This document shows positions 17,973 to 27,128 of a stretch of 27,128 bases of DNA, piece after piece. The notes beneath the pieces are model-generated. The model was not told where the DNA came from and searched no databases. It worked only from the letters and a program-made list of their open reading frames with translations. This stretch comes from Chloroflexota bacterium. GTDB taxonomy: Bacteria > Chloroflexota > Dehalococcoidia > GIF9 > UBA5629. The number at the start of each line of letters is the position of its first letter. The stretch's first letter is position 1. The stretch lies in the NCBI GenBank assembly GCA_016875975.1, contig VGOF01000001.1:1-27128 (forward strand). Direction: 5' to 3'. The translations under genes and the position numbers were made by a program.

Positions 17973-19052
17973 ATGAAAATAGCTCTGCTCGGCCCCTATC
18001 CACCACCTTACGGGGGAATTTCCATCCATGTCCAGAGACTCAAAGAGAATCTTGAGAAAAGGGGAGTACCTTGCACCGTCTATGACTACAGTGGCACATA
18101 CAAAAGTGAAAACGGCGTAGTGATGATTAAGAACAAAGCAACATGGCTTTTGAGTCAGCTCTTTCACAATACAGACAGTACCATCCACTGCTGTGGCTAT
18201 AGCCCAATGGCGCTCATTGCGCTATCTCTGCTCGCAACCATCAAGAAAAGAAGAATAATCATCGCACCGGGTGGCTTCCTTTTTAGTGATAGGCCAGGGA
18301 TTGGCCACAGACTAGCTTTCCTGCTAGCCAAGCATTCTGGAATCTACTTTATCGCGGAAAGCTTTAGGTCAAAGGACATAATGGTGTCTCTGGGTATCAA
18401 GCCTGAAAACGTGAATGGCGAGATTATTCCCTGCTTCATTCCTCCTCGTGTAAGAGCAGACGACGTTACTAAGCTCCCTCGTGAGATACAGAGTTTTGTC
18501 AATAGCCATAGACCCATCATTACAGCCAACGCCTTTCGAATAAGCTTCTACAACAATGAAGACTTGTATGGCATTGATTTGTGCATAGACTCATGTGCTA
18601 AACTAAAACAGACTCACCCGGATATTGGCTTCGTCTTCTGCCTGCCAACTATTGGGGATTATGATTACTTCAACGAAATGATGCGGTGGGTTAAAGAAAA
18701 AAACATAGAAGGAAACTTTTTGTTTATAACCGAACCTTGCCAGTATCTTGCTATTCTCACAAGGAGCGATGTATTCGTCAGGGCAACAAACACAGATGGA
18801 GATTCCGTTTCCCTCAGGGAAGCACTATACTTTAAGATACCATCACTAGCAAGCGATGCTGTACCAAGACCTGCTGGAACCGTTCTATTCAAGAACCGAA
18901 ACGCCGACGATTTGACCTCAAAGGTTAAACAGGTACTTGCCAATCATGTTTTCTACAAAGACAAGCTGAAAGCACTGAAGATCGAAGATAACTCTGAGAA
19001 GATATTAAGAGTATATCGTAGGTTAGAGAATAGCAAGAGGAGAACACAATGA
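17973..19052 (+). CDS. Glycosyltransferase family 4 (start revised from 17817 to ATG 17973)
   Basis: MKIALLGPYPPPYGGISIHV N-terminus directly after the DUF2206 stop, with aggag upstream. C-terminal SDVFVRATNTDGDSVSLREAL. Confidence 0.87.
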   Translation: MKIALLGPYPPPYGGISIHVQRLKENLEKRGVPCTVYDYSGTYKSENGVVMIKNKATWLLSQLFHNTDSTIHCCGYSPMALIALSLLATIKKRRIIIAPGGFLFSDRPGIGHRLAFLLAKHSGIYFIAESFRSKDIMVSLGIKPENVNGEIIPCFIPPRVRADDVTKLPREIQSFVNSHRPIITANAFRISFYNNEDLYGIDLCIDSCAKLKQTHPDIGFVFCLPTIGDYDYFNEMMRWVKEKNIEGNFLFITEPCQYLAILTRSDVFVRATNTDGDSVSLREALYFKIPSLASDAVPRPAGTVLFKNRNADDLTSKVKQVLANHVFYKDKLKALKIEDNSEKILRVYRRLENSKRRTQ

Positions 19053-20023
19053 AGGTCTTGATAACCGGTGCTGGCGGTTTCATTGGAAGCCATCTTGCAG
19101 AACGCCTCGTAGAGCTTGGTAGCAAAGTCAAGGTCATTGTAAGATATAACTCGAGAAGTGACTGGGGACTACTCGAAATGCTACCCAAGGAAAGGCTTGG
19201 TGAAATTGAAGTAATCATGGGTGATTTGCGCGATGGTGATGCAGTTCGCAGCGCGGCCAAAGATATAGATATTATTTTTCATTTGGGTTCTTTAATTGCC
19301 ATACCTTACTCCTATATCCATCCCAGGGAAACCATAGAAACAAATATAATGGGGACGCTCAATATCTTAACGGCAGCGAGGGAAAACGGCGTAGAAAAGA
19401 TTATTCACGTGTCCACAAGTGAAGTATACGGGACTGCACAGTATGTTCCTATCGACGAGAAACATCCATTGCAAGGGCAATCCCCGTACTCTGCAAGCAA
19501 GATCGGAGCTGATATGATAGCAGAAAGCTTTTGCCGCTCGTTTGAACTTCCGCTGGCAATTATAAGACCATTTAATGCTTTTGGCCCCAGGCAATCAGCA
19601 AGAGCAGTAATCCCCGCCATCATCTCACAAGCATTAACCCAAGAGTACATCTATCTAGGGGCGCTGCTTCCGACAAGAGATTATACATATATAGACGATG
19701 TCGTAGAGGCATTCATCAAGGTAACAAAGTCCCCGAACTCCATGGGAGAGGTCATCAATATCGGCTCTAATTTCGAGATATCGATAGGCGACATTGCCAA
19801 GAAGGTAATCGCCATAATAGGCAAAGATAAGGAAGTCCTAGCGGATCCAAAACGCATTAGACCACAAAAGAGCGAGGTCCTAAGGTTATGGTGCGACAAC
19901 ACGAAAGCAAAAAACCTACTTGGGTGGGAGCCAAAGATAGGCTTTGACGATGGCCTAAAAATGACGGTGGCATGGATATCAGATAACATTAGCTTATATA
20001 AACCTAAATTTTATAATGTATAG
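19049..20023 (+). CDS. NAD-dependent 4,6-dehydratase, LegB-like SDR
   Basis: TGAGGFIGSHL, RYNSR..WGLL, FHLGSLIAIPYSY, STSEVYGTAQYVPIDEKHPLQGQSPYSASK, RPFNAFGPRQSARAVIP. Confidence 0.88.
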   Translation: MKVLITGAGGFIGSHLAERLVELGSKVKVIVRYNSRSDWGLLEMLPKERLGEIEVIMGDLRDGDAVRSAAKDIDIIFHLGSLIAIPYSYIHPRETIETNIMGTLNILTAARENGVEKIIHVSTSEVYGTAQYVPIDEKHPLQGQSPYSASKIGADMIAESFCRSFELPLAIIRPFNAFGPRQSARAVIPAIISQALTQEYIYLGALLPTRDYTYIDDVVEAFIKVTKSPNSMGEVINIGSNFEISIGDIAKKVIAIIGKDKEVLADPKRIRPQKSEVLRLWCDNTKAKNLLGWEPKIGFDDGLKMTVAWISDNISLYKPKFYNV

Positions 20024-20033
20024 GAGATTTTGA

Positions 20034-20741
20034 ATGAAGGCGGTGATTCTCGCCGGAGGCAAAGGAACAAGATTAAAACCATATACGGCTATTTTCCCCA
20101 AACCCCTGATGCCAATCGGCGATAAGCCAATTTTGGAAATAATTGTTTCCCAGCTAAAATCTCACGCCCTGCCAGATATAATTATTACAACAGGACATCT
20201 GAGCGAGTTAATCATAGCCTTCTTCGGGGATGGAAGCCAGTTAGGAGTAAATATCAAATATTCTAAAGAAGATAAACCACTGGGAACAGCAGGAGGTCTT
20301 GGATTATTAAAAGAAGAGCTGAAAGACACCTTCCTTATGATAAACGGGGATACGTTGACCACCTTGGATTTCTCCGAACTCATCAACTGCCACAAAACTA
20401 GCGGGGCCATAGCTACTATAGCTTTGAAAAAAAGGGGGGTTTACATCGATTTCGGCATAGTTGAACTAGATAGTAGCAATGTCATCAGAGGATATACTGA
20501 AAAACCCACAATCCACCATCTCGTCAGCATGGGTGTCTATGTTTTCGAGTCCAGAGTTTTGGAATACATCAAACCGGATGAAAGATTGGATTTCCCTGAC
20601 CTTGTCAAGACTTTACTATCAAAAAACGAAAAGATAAACGGTTTTGTTTTCGATGGCTACTGGCTGGATATAGGTAGGCCAGAAGATTATGAAAAGGCAA
20701 ACGAGGAAATAGAGGAACTAAATAGGATTTTAAAACTCTAG
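20034..20741 (+). CDS. Sugar-phosphate nucleotidyltransferase (NTP_transferase), single domain
   Basis: ILAGGKGTRLKPYT..FPKPLMPI, EDKPLGTAG, INGD, EKP, WLDIGRPEDY. Confidence 0.92.
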   Translation: MKAVILAGGKGTRLKPYTAIFPKPLMPIGDKPILEIIVSQLKSHALPDIIITTGHLSELIIAFFGDGSQLGVNIKYSKEDKPLGTAGGLGLLKEELKDTFLMINGDTLTTLDFSELINCHKTSGAIATIALKKRGVYIDFGIVELDSSNVIRGYTEKPTIHHLVSMGVYVFESRVLEYIKPDERLDFPDLVKTLLSKNEKINGFVFDGYWLDIGRPEDYEKANEEIEELNRILKL

Positions 20742-20828
20742 CATGGCAATGAGCGGCGCTTAAATGACGGTAAGCAGCCGAAAGTACCAGAGCTTACTAG
20801 AAAAACTCTGGGGAGGAACAGGATAAAT

Positions 20829-21737
20829 ATGAATCTCAGGGGAAAAAGAATCGTCGTCACCGGAAGTGATGGCTTTGTGGGTTCTCATCTTGTTCCCAGG
20901 CTAAGACAGGAAGAGGCTGAGGTAATACCTGTAGACATAAGTAAAGGCACTGATGTCGCCAATTGGGAGCAGGTTAAACATTACAAGGACATAGACATTA
21001 TTTATCACCTGGCAGCTAAAACCTGTGTGCCGGCCACTGTTGAAGACCCCAGAGAAACTTACCTAATCAACTTTGTAGGGACACTTAATATGCTTGAATT
21101 GGGAAGAAGAAGTAAAATCAAGAATTTTGTTTTTGCAAGTTCGTACGTGTATGGGCACCCTGAGTATATACCTATTGACGAATGCCATCCTATAAAGCCT
21201 AACAACCCATATTCCAGAAGTAAGGCCATTAGCGAAGATATCTGCCGTGCTTATAATCAAGATTATGGGCTGAGGTGCATAATATTAAGGGCGTTCAATG
21301 TATATGGTGAAAGACAGAGAGACAGCTTCTTAATCCCATCCATCCTGAAGCAAATTCACAACGAGGAAATCGAACTCGAAGATCCTGAGCCTAGAAGAGA
21401 CTTTTTCTACGTTAAGGACTTGGTGGAAGCCTATGTCAGAGCCGCAGAATATTCTGGCTCAGACTTCGAAATTCTTAATATTGGCTCCGGTGTAAGCTAC
21501 AGCGTTGATGAAATTGTGAAAACAATACTCAATCTCTCAGGGAAAAGGGCAAGGGTAAGATACCGCCGCAAGCGAAGAGAGAACGAAGTCATGAACACAG
21601 TTGCTGACATCACAAAGGCTAAGAAAACACTGGGATGGGTGCCCACAACTCCCCTCAATCAAGGGCTTAAAACATATATCAAGTGGCACCAAGATAAGGC
21701 AAGTGAAAAGCAAGCAAAAAAAATGTCTACTCTGTGA
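20829..21737 (+). CDS. NAD-dependent epimerase/dehydratase (extended SDR)
   Basis: TGSDGFVG, FASSYVYG, NNPYSRSK, RAFNVYG, RDFFYV. Confidence 0.9.
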   Translation: MNLRGKRIVVTGSDGFVGSHLVPRLRQEEAEVIPVDISKGTDVANWEQVKHYKDIDIIYHLAAKTCVPATVEDPRETYLINFVGTLNMLELGRRSKIKNFVFASSYVYGHPEYIPIDECHPIKPNNPYSRSKAISEDICRAYNQDYGLRCIILRAFNVYGERQRDSFLIPSILKQIHNEEIELEDPEPRRDFFYVKDLVEAYVRAAEYSGSDFEILNIGSGVSYSVDEIVKTILNLSGKRARVRYRRKRRENEVMNTVADITKAKKTLGWVPTTPLNQGLKTYIKWHQDKASEKQAKKMSTL

Positions 21738-22551
21738 CAGTAGCCAGATACAAACTGCCATTGATGTGACTACTGAAATGGGGGGTAATAGGACCATCTA
21801 TGAATGTAGAAATTGCTCTCTTAGATTTATCGACCCGGTACCGTCTCAGAAGGAACTCCGGATAATTTATGACAAATACTACATTAAATCTAATAACCGC
21901 GCCAGCACTTTGCACAATCGCTCATATGGGTGGCTTACATTCAGAAGGCAATGGCAAATTATAAGCAGGCTTGTACCCAAAAAGGGAGGAAGGATACTAG
22001 ATTATGGGTGTGGTGGAGGACATTTCCTCGATAACATAAGCCACAGGTGGGAAAGGTTTGGTATAGAGCTTTCCGACGATGCGAGAGAAGTCGCTACTGA
22101 AAAAGGAATAAATACATTTGCCACACTAGAGGAAGCGGCTTTTCCTAACGAGTTCTTCGATATAATAGTTATGTTTGCCACAATAGAGCATTTGCCCAAC
22201 CCAAGAGATACGGTTAAAAAGCTTAGGGACATCTTAAAAACTGGTGCCCTTTTTGTGGTTATGACAGGTGATGTAGCAAGCCACAAAGCCAGGAAAAGAG
22301 CCAAGAGGTGGCACATGTATCGCCAACCAGAGCACATTTATTTTTTCTCGGCTCAGTCTCTAGATTTCCTTATGCATTCTTTAGGCTTTAAGAAAATCAA
22401 AACTTTGTATACAGATGGTGGGATGGCGCAGGTCTCCTTTTGGCCCTTAAACATCGCTCTAAGGATGAGTTTAATACTTTATGAGACAATGCCTGTATTG
22501 AATAGTCTGCCTCTCTTTGACCACTACTACGGTTATTACCAGAAGAGATGA
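21703..22551 (+). CDS. Class I SAM-dependent methyltransferase with N-terminal Cys motif (start revised to GTG 21703)
   Basis: CLLC and CRNC pairs, ILDYGCGGG, FDIIVMFATIEHL, HIYFFS. Upstream ataagg is a plausible SD. Confidence 0.85.
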   Translation: MKSKQKKCLLCDSSQIQTAIDVTTEMGGNRTIYECRNCSLRFIDPVPSQKELRIIYDKYYIKSNNRASTLHNRSYGWLTFRRQWQIISRLVPKKGGRILDYGCGGGHFLDNISHRWERFGIELSDDAREVATEKGINTFATLEEAAFPNEFFDIIVMFATIEHLPNPRDTVKKLRDILKTGALFVVMTGDVASHKARKRAKRWHMYRQPEHIYFFSAQSLDFLMHSLGFKKIKTLYTDGGMAQVSFWPLNIALRMSLILYETMPVLNSLPLFDHYYGYYQKR

Positions 22552-23837
22552 ACACTTGCGAAGAGATTCATTTACAGAACCCAACTATGAAAGTAATCTT
22601 CATGGTGAATATTACCCCCAACATTGAAATGTTCGCTCCCATCGTAAAAGAGCTCCCCAACAACTCCGATGTCCTGTTCATTAACACGGACAAGTGGCAG
22701 AGAAGAGCAGAAATAGAACAAAAGTTACAGGGGCTTAGCTTGAAATATCAAACTTTCGGTAGTCGGAGCTACCGAAACATAAATAGAATACTTGACGAAT
22801 TCAGGCCAGACGCGCTTGTGCTCTGTGGCGATGCAATAAGCCCTTTATATCAAATGAGTATAAGTTGCGCCAACTCTAAGAACATTCCAACACTGTCAAT
22901 TCTACACGCCATTATGGCACTTGAGGCAAAGAGAAACCCAAAGGCTATTGCCACGTATGCCTGGATAAGCTACCTCAAGAACCTCTGGCTTGGGATACAT
23001 ACAATGGTACAACCTGACCGTTTCTCGTGGCACCGTCTATTCGAAACCGGCTGGTTCTGGATGAGGTATGGCTTTAGATACAGACCGAAGCTTGAGGGGC
23101 ATGGCGGCTGCTCAAAAATAGCTGTTTTTGGCAATGCTGACAAACAATTGCTCGTCTCGGAAGGAATCGCACCGGAGCGCATTGCGGTAACTGGAAACCC
23201 CAAATTTGACTATATTGCCTCTGCTAACAAAAACGATTGCAAATCTAAGGTATGCCGAAGGTTCGGTATTTCTGCAGACACGAAAATTATCCTGTTGTTG
23301 ACCGATTGGTTTGTTGAGTATGGGATATGGACAGTAAGACAGAGAGAACAATTTGTTAAAGCTGTTTGCAGAGCAGCATCAAAACTGCCTCGTTGCAAGA
23401 TTGTAATCAAACTTCATCCGCTAATGGAGAAACAGACAGACTATGAAGAGATAGTCAAGGACTTCTCTGAGCCACCTATAATCTGTCAAAATGTTCCCCT
23501 GTGGGAACTGGTGCATGCTTGCAGTCTGGCAATCACCGTATCATCAACGGCAGGTATAGAAGCAATGGCAGCAGACAAGCCATTAATCATATTTAACCTT
23601 TTCAATGAGCCGAGTATATTTGATGAAAAGAGTGGAGTCGTTATCGTACGCACTGAAGCTGACTTGCTGCCAGCACTAGAAGCAATCCTTTACCAGGGCC
23701 TAAGCAAAGAAACAAAAGAAGCTGCCAGCAAGTTTGTACATCGACATGCCTATGTACAGGATGGCAAAGCCGCTAGGAGAATTGCCGATTTGATTGTTAA
23801 AATGGTTACAGAAAATCAAGATAGGAGCCTCGCATGA
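22548..23837 (+). CDS. GT-B fold surface-carbohydrate protein (epimerase-/glycerophosphotransferase-like), possible nonulosonate transferase
   Basis: VTGNPKFD, IKLHP, ITVSSTAGIEAM..KP, DGKAARRI motifs. Lies directly upstream of pseB. Exact activity unknown. Confidence 0.6.
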   Translation: MNTCEEIHLQNPTMKVIFMVNITPNIEMFAPIVKELPNNSDVLFINTDKWQRRAEIEQKLQGLSLKYQTFGSRSYRNINRILDEFRPDALVLCGDAISPLYQMSISCANSKNIPTLSILHAIMALEAKRNPKAIATYAWISYLKNLWLGIHTMVQPDRFSWHRLFETGWFWMRYGFRYRPKLEGHGGCSKIAVFGNADKQLLVSEGIAPERIAVTGNPKFDYIASANKNDCKSKVCRRFGISADTKIILLLTDWFVEYGIWTVRQREQFVKAVCRAASKLPRCKIVIKLHPLMEKQTDYEEIVKDFSEPPIICQNVPLWELVHACSLAITVSSTAGIEAMAADKPLIIFNLFNEPSIFDEKSGVVIVRTEADLLPALEAILYQGLSKETKEAASKFVHRHAYVQDGKAARRIADLIVKMVTENQDRSLA

Positions 23838-24814
23838 ATCTAAAAGGTAAAGTAATTCTCATAACCGGAGGTACAGGTTCTTTCGGTCAAAAGTTCACTG
23901 AGATAGCTTTGAAACAACATAACCCAAAGGCGATCCGAATTTTCTCCCGTGGAGAACTGCTGCAACAAGAAATGTCTCAAAAATTCAACAACGATGAGAG
24001 GCTGCGCTTCTTTATCGGTGATGTAAGGGATAGGGAGAGAGTCTATCGAGCCATGGGCGGTGTTGATATTGTCGTTCATGCCGCTGCTCTTAAGCAGGTA
24101 CCAACCGCTGAATATAACCCCATTGAAGCGGTAAGGACGAATATTGACGGAGCCGTCAATGTTGTTGACGCTGCCATAGACAATGGAGTTGAAAAGGCGA
24201 TAGCTATAAGTACCGATAAAGCCGTCCAGCCGGTCAACCTTTACGGGGCAACTAAATTGGTCATGGAGCGGCTCTTTGTTCAAGCCAATGTTTATACCGG
24301 GCAGCAAAAGCCACGTTTTAGCTGCGTACGATATGGCAATGTCGTTGGCAGCCGAGGCAGTGTTGTTCCGCTTTTCCTTGAGCAGAAGAAAAACAACATC
24401 ATTACTATTACCGATGAACGGATGACCAGGTTCTGGATTACCTTAGAGCAGGGTGTCCACTTTGTCATCGATTGCATCGGCAGGATGCATGGCGGTGAAA
24501 CCTTCATCCCCAAAATCCCCAGCATGAAAGTTACCGACTTGGCAGATGTTATCGCTCCAAAAGCCGAAAGAGAAGTCATAGGAATACGCCCCGGAGAAAA
24601 GGTGAACGAAATTCTTTTGACAGAGGAGGAAGCCAGGCATGCACGGGAGTTTGATGACTACTTTGCCATCGAACCTGAGCATCCCTTCTGGGGAAAGGAT
24701 AATCTTAAGGGCGGCAAATCTCTCCCCGATGGCTTCAAATATGCCAGCGATAACAATAGCTGGTGGTTGACTGGAGAGGAACTGCAAAGAATGGTTGGTG
24801 AATTATCTGAATGA
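23834..24814 (+). CDS. pseB: UDP-N-acetylglucosamine 4,6-dehydratase (inverting)
   Basis: TGGTGSFG, FFIGDVRD, HAAALKQVPTAEYNPIEAVRTN, ISTDKAVQPVNLYGATK, VRYGNVVGSRGSVVP, MTRFWITL, GIRPGEK. Confidence 0.93.
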   Translation: MNLKGKVILITGGTGSFGQKFTEIALKQHNPKAIRIFSRGELLQQEMSQKFNNDERLRFFIGDVRDRERVYRAMGGVDIVVHAAALKQVPTAEYNPIEAVRTNIDGAVNVVDAAIDNGVEKAIAISTDKAVQPVNLYGATKLVMERLFVQANVYTGQQKPRFSCVRYGNVVGSRGSVVPLFLEQKKNNIITITDERMTRFWITLEQGVHFVIDCIGRMHGGETFIPKIPSMKVTDLADVIAPKAEREVIGIRPGEKVNEILLTEEEARHAREFDDYFAIEPEHPFWGKDNLKGGKSLPDGFKYASDNNSWWLTGEELQRMVGELSE

Positions 24815-25998
24815 AGCGATTGGCAATCGAAGGCGGGGTGCCTGTACGAAGCACACTCCTTCCTTACGGACATCATTGGATTGATGACGGCGACATTGCT
24901 GCTGCTGTCGAAGTGTTAAGGAGTGACTGGATTACTCAAGGTCCCAAAGTTGACGAGTTCGAAAGGAAAGTTGCCAACTACTGTGGTGTTAAATACGCCG
25001 TCGCGGTATCTAGCGGTACTGCCGCCCTCCACGCTGCCTGTGCTGTAGCTGGCATTTCAACTGGCGACGAAGCCATTACTACCCCTATCACCTTCGCTGC
25101 GACAGCAAACGCTGTAGTATATTGTGGCGCCAAGCCAGTCTTCGCTGATATACAAGAAGATACGTTAAACATTGACCCACGTGAAATCGAGAGAAAGCTG
25201 ACATCCAGGACAAAGGCTATTCTGCCGGTGGACTTTGCCGGACATCCTGCCGACCTAGAGGAGATAATGGCCATAGCCCGCTCCAGAAAAATCGTCGTAA
25301 TCGAGGATGCCTCGCATGCGCTGGGTGCTGAATATGAGGGACGTAAAATAGGCAGTTTGGCTGACATGACCATCCTTAGCTTCCACCCAGTAAAGCACAT
25401 TACCACCGGTGAAGGTGGCATGATTCTGACCGACAATGAGGAGTTCTGCGAAAAACTCAAGATCTTCAGACATCATGGCATAGTAAGGGAAAAGTCAGAT
25501 AATGGCTCTTGGTATTATAAGATATACAACCCGGGATACAACTTTAGAATTACAGATTTCCAATGCGCCCTCGGTATCAGCCAACTCAACAAATTAAACC
25601 GCTTCATAGAGAGAAGAAGAGAAATAGCGACAAAGTATAATGCAGAGCTTGCTGAGATGGATGAGATTTTGATTCCCGTAGAGGACAAAAGGGTCAAAGC
25701 AGTATATCATATCTATACAATACAGCTAAAAACCGAGTTGCTAACAACGGGGAGAAAAGAGATATTTAAAGCTTTAAGAGCTGAAAATATAGGAGTTAGT
25801 GTTCACTATATGCCTATACATTTACACCCATTTTATCAACAGAAATTTGGCTATAAGAAAGGCGATTATCCCACGGCAGAGGAATACTATGAACGGGCAA
25901 TCACTCTGCCTCTTTTCCCGAGTATGAGCGATGAAGACGTGAAGGATGTAATTAAGGCAGTCAAAAAAGTAGTGCGACGGTACCGAGAGCAAATCTAA
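24811..25998 (+). CDS. pseC: UDP-4-amino-4,6-dideoxy-N-acetyl-beta-L-altrosamine transaminase (DegT/DnrJ family)
   Basis: LPYG.HWI, SDWITQGP, SSGTAALH, EDASHALG, SFHPVKHITTGEGG, GYNFRITD, VHYMPIHLHPFY. Follows pseB. Confidence 0.9.
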   Translation: MKRLAIEGGVPVRSTLLPYGHHWIDDGDIAAAVEVLRSDWITQGPKVDEFERKVANYCGVKYAVAVSSGTAALHAACAVAGISTGDEAITTPITFAATANAVVYCGAKPVFADIQEDTLNIDPREIERKLTSRTKAILPVDFAGHPADLEEIMAIARSRKIVVIEDASHALGAEYEGRKIGSLADMTILSFHPVKHITTGEGGMILTDNEEFCEKLKIFRHHGIVREKSDNGSWYYKIYNPGYNFRITDFQCALGISQLNKLNRFIERRREIATKYNAELAEMDEILIPVEDKRVKAVYHIYTIQLKTELLTTGRKEIFKALRAENIGVSVHYMPIHLHPFYQQKFGYKKGDYPTAEEYYERAITLPLFPSMSDEDVKDVIKAVKKVVRRYREQI

Positions 25999-26000
25999 CC

Positions 26001-26759
26001 ATGAAAATCGTGGCAATTATCCAGGCACGGATGGGCTCAACCAGGTTGCCGGGGAAGGTCTTAAAAGATATTTGCGGAAGACCCATGCTCTGGCACATAC
26101 ATAATCGGCTGAGATACGCCAAGTTGGTAGGCCAAGCTGTCATAGCTACTTCAAACAAAACAAGTGATTGCCCCATTACCAAATTTGCCGAACAAAGCAA
26201 CATACCTTATTACGCCGGGAGTGAGCTCGACCTTCTAGACAGGTGGTACCAAACAGCCAAGAGGTTTCAAGCTGACGCTGTTGTAAGGATTACTGCTGAT
26301 TGCCCCTTGGTAGACCCTGTTATTGTTGATGAAGTAGTAAAGTACTACCTAGAGAAAGGCCCTCTTGATTATGTGAGCAACTCAAGACCCAAAGCCACTT
26401 ATCCTCAGGGATTGGACGTTGAAATATACTCTTGCGAAGCCCTAAAAGAGGTATGGAACGAAATACAAGATCCTTTCTTAAGGGAATGGGGCTCGGCGAA
26501 TTTCTTTGAGCACCCGGAAAGATATCGCCTTGCCAATTTAGAGAATTCTGAGGATCTGTCCCATATGCGCTGGACAGTAGACTATCAGGATGACCTGGAT
26601 TTCGTCAGGGAAATATATCAAAGGCTATATAGAGAAGATAGCGTCTTTTTGATGCCGGATATCTTGAAACTACTAAAGGAACATCCGGAACTCATGAAGA
26701 TAAATAGAAGCCACGTGGGAAAAGATACCTACAAAGAAGCTTTAAGTAGGAGGGATTAG
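26001..26759 (+). CDS. spsF: SpsF-type cytidylyltransferase (probable CMP-nonulosonate synthetase, PseF role)
   Basis: IIQARMGSTRLPGKVL, GSELDLLDR, VVRITADCPLVDP, YPQGLDVE, RWTVDYQDDL. Confidence 0.87.
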   Translation: MKIVAIIQARMGSTRLPGKVLKDICGRPMLWHIHNRLRYAKLVGQAVIATSNKTSDCPITKFAEQSNIPYYAGSELDLLDRWYQTAKRFQADAVVRITADCPLVDPVIVDEVVKYYLEKGPLDYVSNSRPKATYPQGLDVEIYSCEALKEVWNEIQDPFLREWGSANFFEHPERYRLANLENSEDLSHMRWTVDYQDDLDFVREIYQRLYREDSVFLMPDILKLLKEHPELMKINRSHVGKDTYKEALSRRD

Positions 26760-26763
26760 ACCC

Positions 26764-27128
26764 ATGTATCATCCTTTCATTCTAGGCGACAAAGTCTATC
26801 TCAGAGGGCTACAGAAAAACGATTTGACAGGCAATATGTTCCAATGGGCCAACGATTCGGATGTGACGCACCACATGTTCATGGGCGCTATGCCAAATAC
26901 TATCGAGGGGTTGGAAGAAGAATATGCGCAACTCATCAAAAGTAAGAACGATGTGGTATTAGCAATCATAGACAAGAAGACTGACATCCACTTGGGGAAC
27001 GTGGGGTTATATCTGATAAACTGGATAAGCAGGTCAGCAGAACTCAGAATCATCATCGGTGAGAAGAAATATTGGAACAAGGGTTACGGAACTGAAGCAA
27101 CTGAACTAACAGTAACATACGGCTTTGA
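26764..27128 (+). CDS. GNAT N-acetyltransferase (RimJ/RimL type, possible PseH role); 3' truncated by window edge and absent from the ORF track
   Basis: Manual translation from ATG 26764: MYHPFILGDKVYLRGLQKNDL...HLGNVGLYLINWISRSAELRIIIGEKKYWNKGYGTEA..., open to the window end. Confidence 0.85.
   Translation, partial: MYHPFILGDKVYLRGLQKNDLTGNMFQWANDSDVTHHMFMGAMPNTIEGLEEEYAQLIKSKNDVVLAIIDKKTDIHLGNVGLYLINWISRSAELRIIIGEKKYWNKGYGTEATELTVTYGF

Noticed and set aside
21601-21702. N-terminal extension of the methyltransferase
   Set aside because: It lies within the preceding epimerase and is not protein-like. GTG 21703 fits better.
96-27080. The many other short antisense or overlapping ORFs in the track (e.g. 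230-778, 8289-8765, 13219-13665, 24978-25460)
   Set aside because: They shadow well-supported genes and show no family motifs.

Overview
The window is a gene-dense surface-glycan biosynthesis locus with no rRNA, tRNA, CRISPR, transposase or recombinase visible. The host is probably a bacterium carrying archaeal-type glycosylation genes. Dehalococcoidia is my guess, based on sigma70-like promoters and AGGAG ribosome-binding sites next to a DUF2206 gene, and is not established. There are three blocks. (1) + strand 1-7837: partial wecB, two SDR epimerases, a GT4, a four-helix-bundle (23S rRNA IVP/Avd-like) gene, a Gfo/Idh/MocA oxidoreductase, a methyltransferase and an AsnB-like amidoligase. (2) - strand 7947-15153: GtrA, a UDP-sugar dehydrogenase, an unannotated acyltransferase-like pseudogene, an RmlD-like SDR, a GT2, an SDR, a sugar C-methyltransferase and a GT-C transferase, together resembling a lipid-carrier glycosylation cassette. 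(3) + strand 15458-27128: DUF2206 with a perfect (PATTT)x8 insertion, a GT4, a LegB-like SDR, a nucleotidyltransferase, an SDR, a methyltransferase, a GT-B protein, then pseB, pseC, an SpsF-type cytidylyltransferase and a partial GNAT. The most striking unexplained structure is a set of six degenerate 7-bp tandem arrays (consensus about TAGAACT), with at least one at each of the six gene junctions from 309 to 5171. Five are in direct orientation. The one immediately upstream of the four-helix-bundle gene is inverted and complementary to the others. The arrays supply four genes' stop codons and are not seen in the rest of the window.
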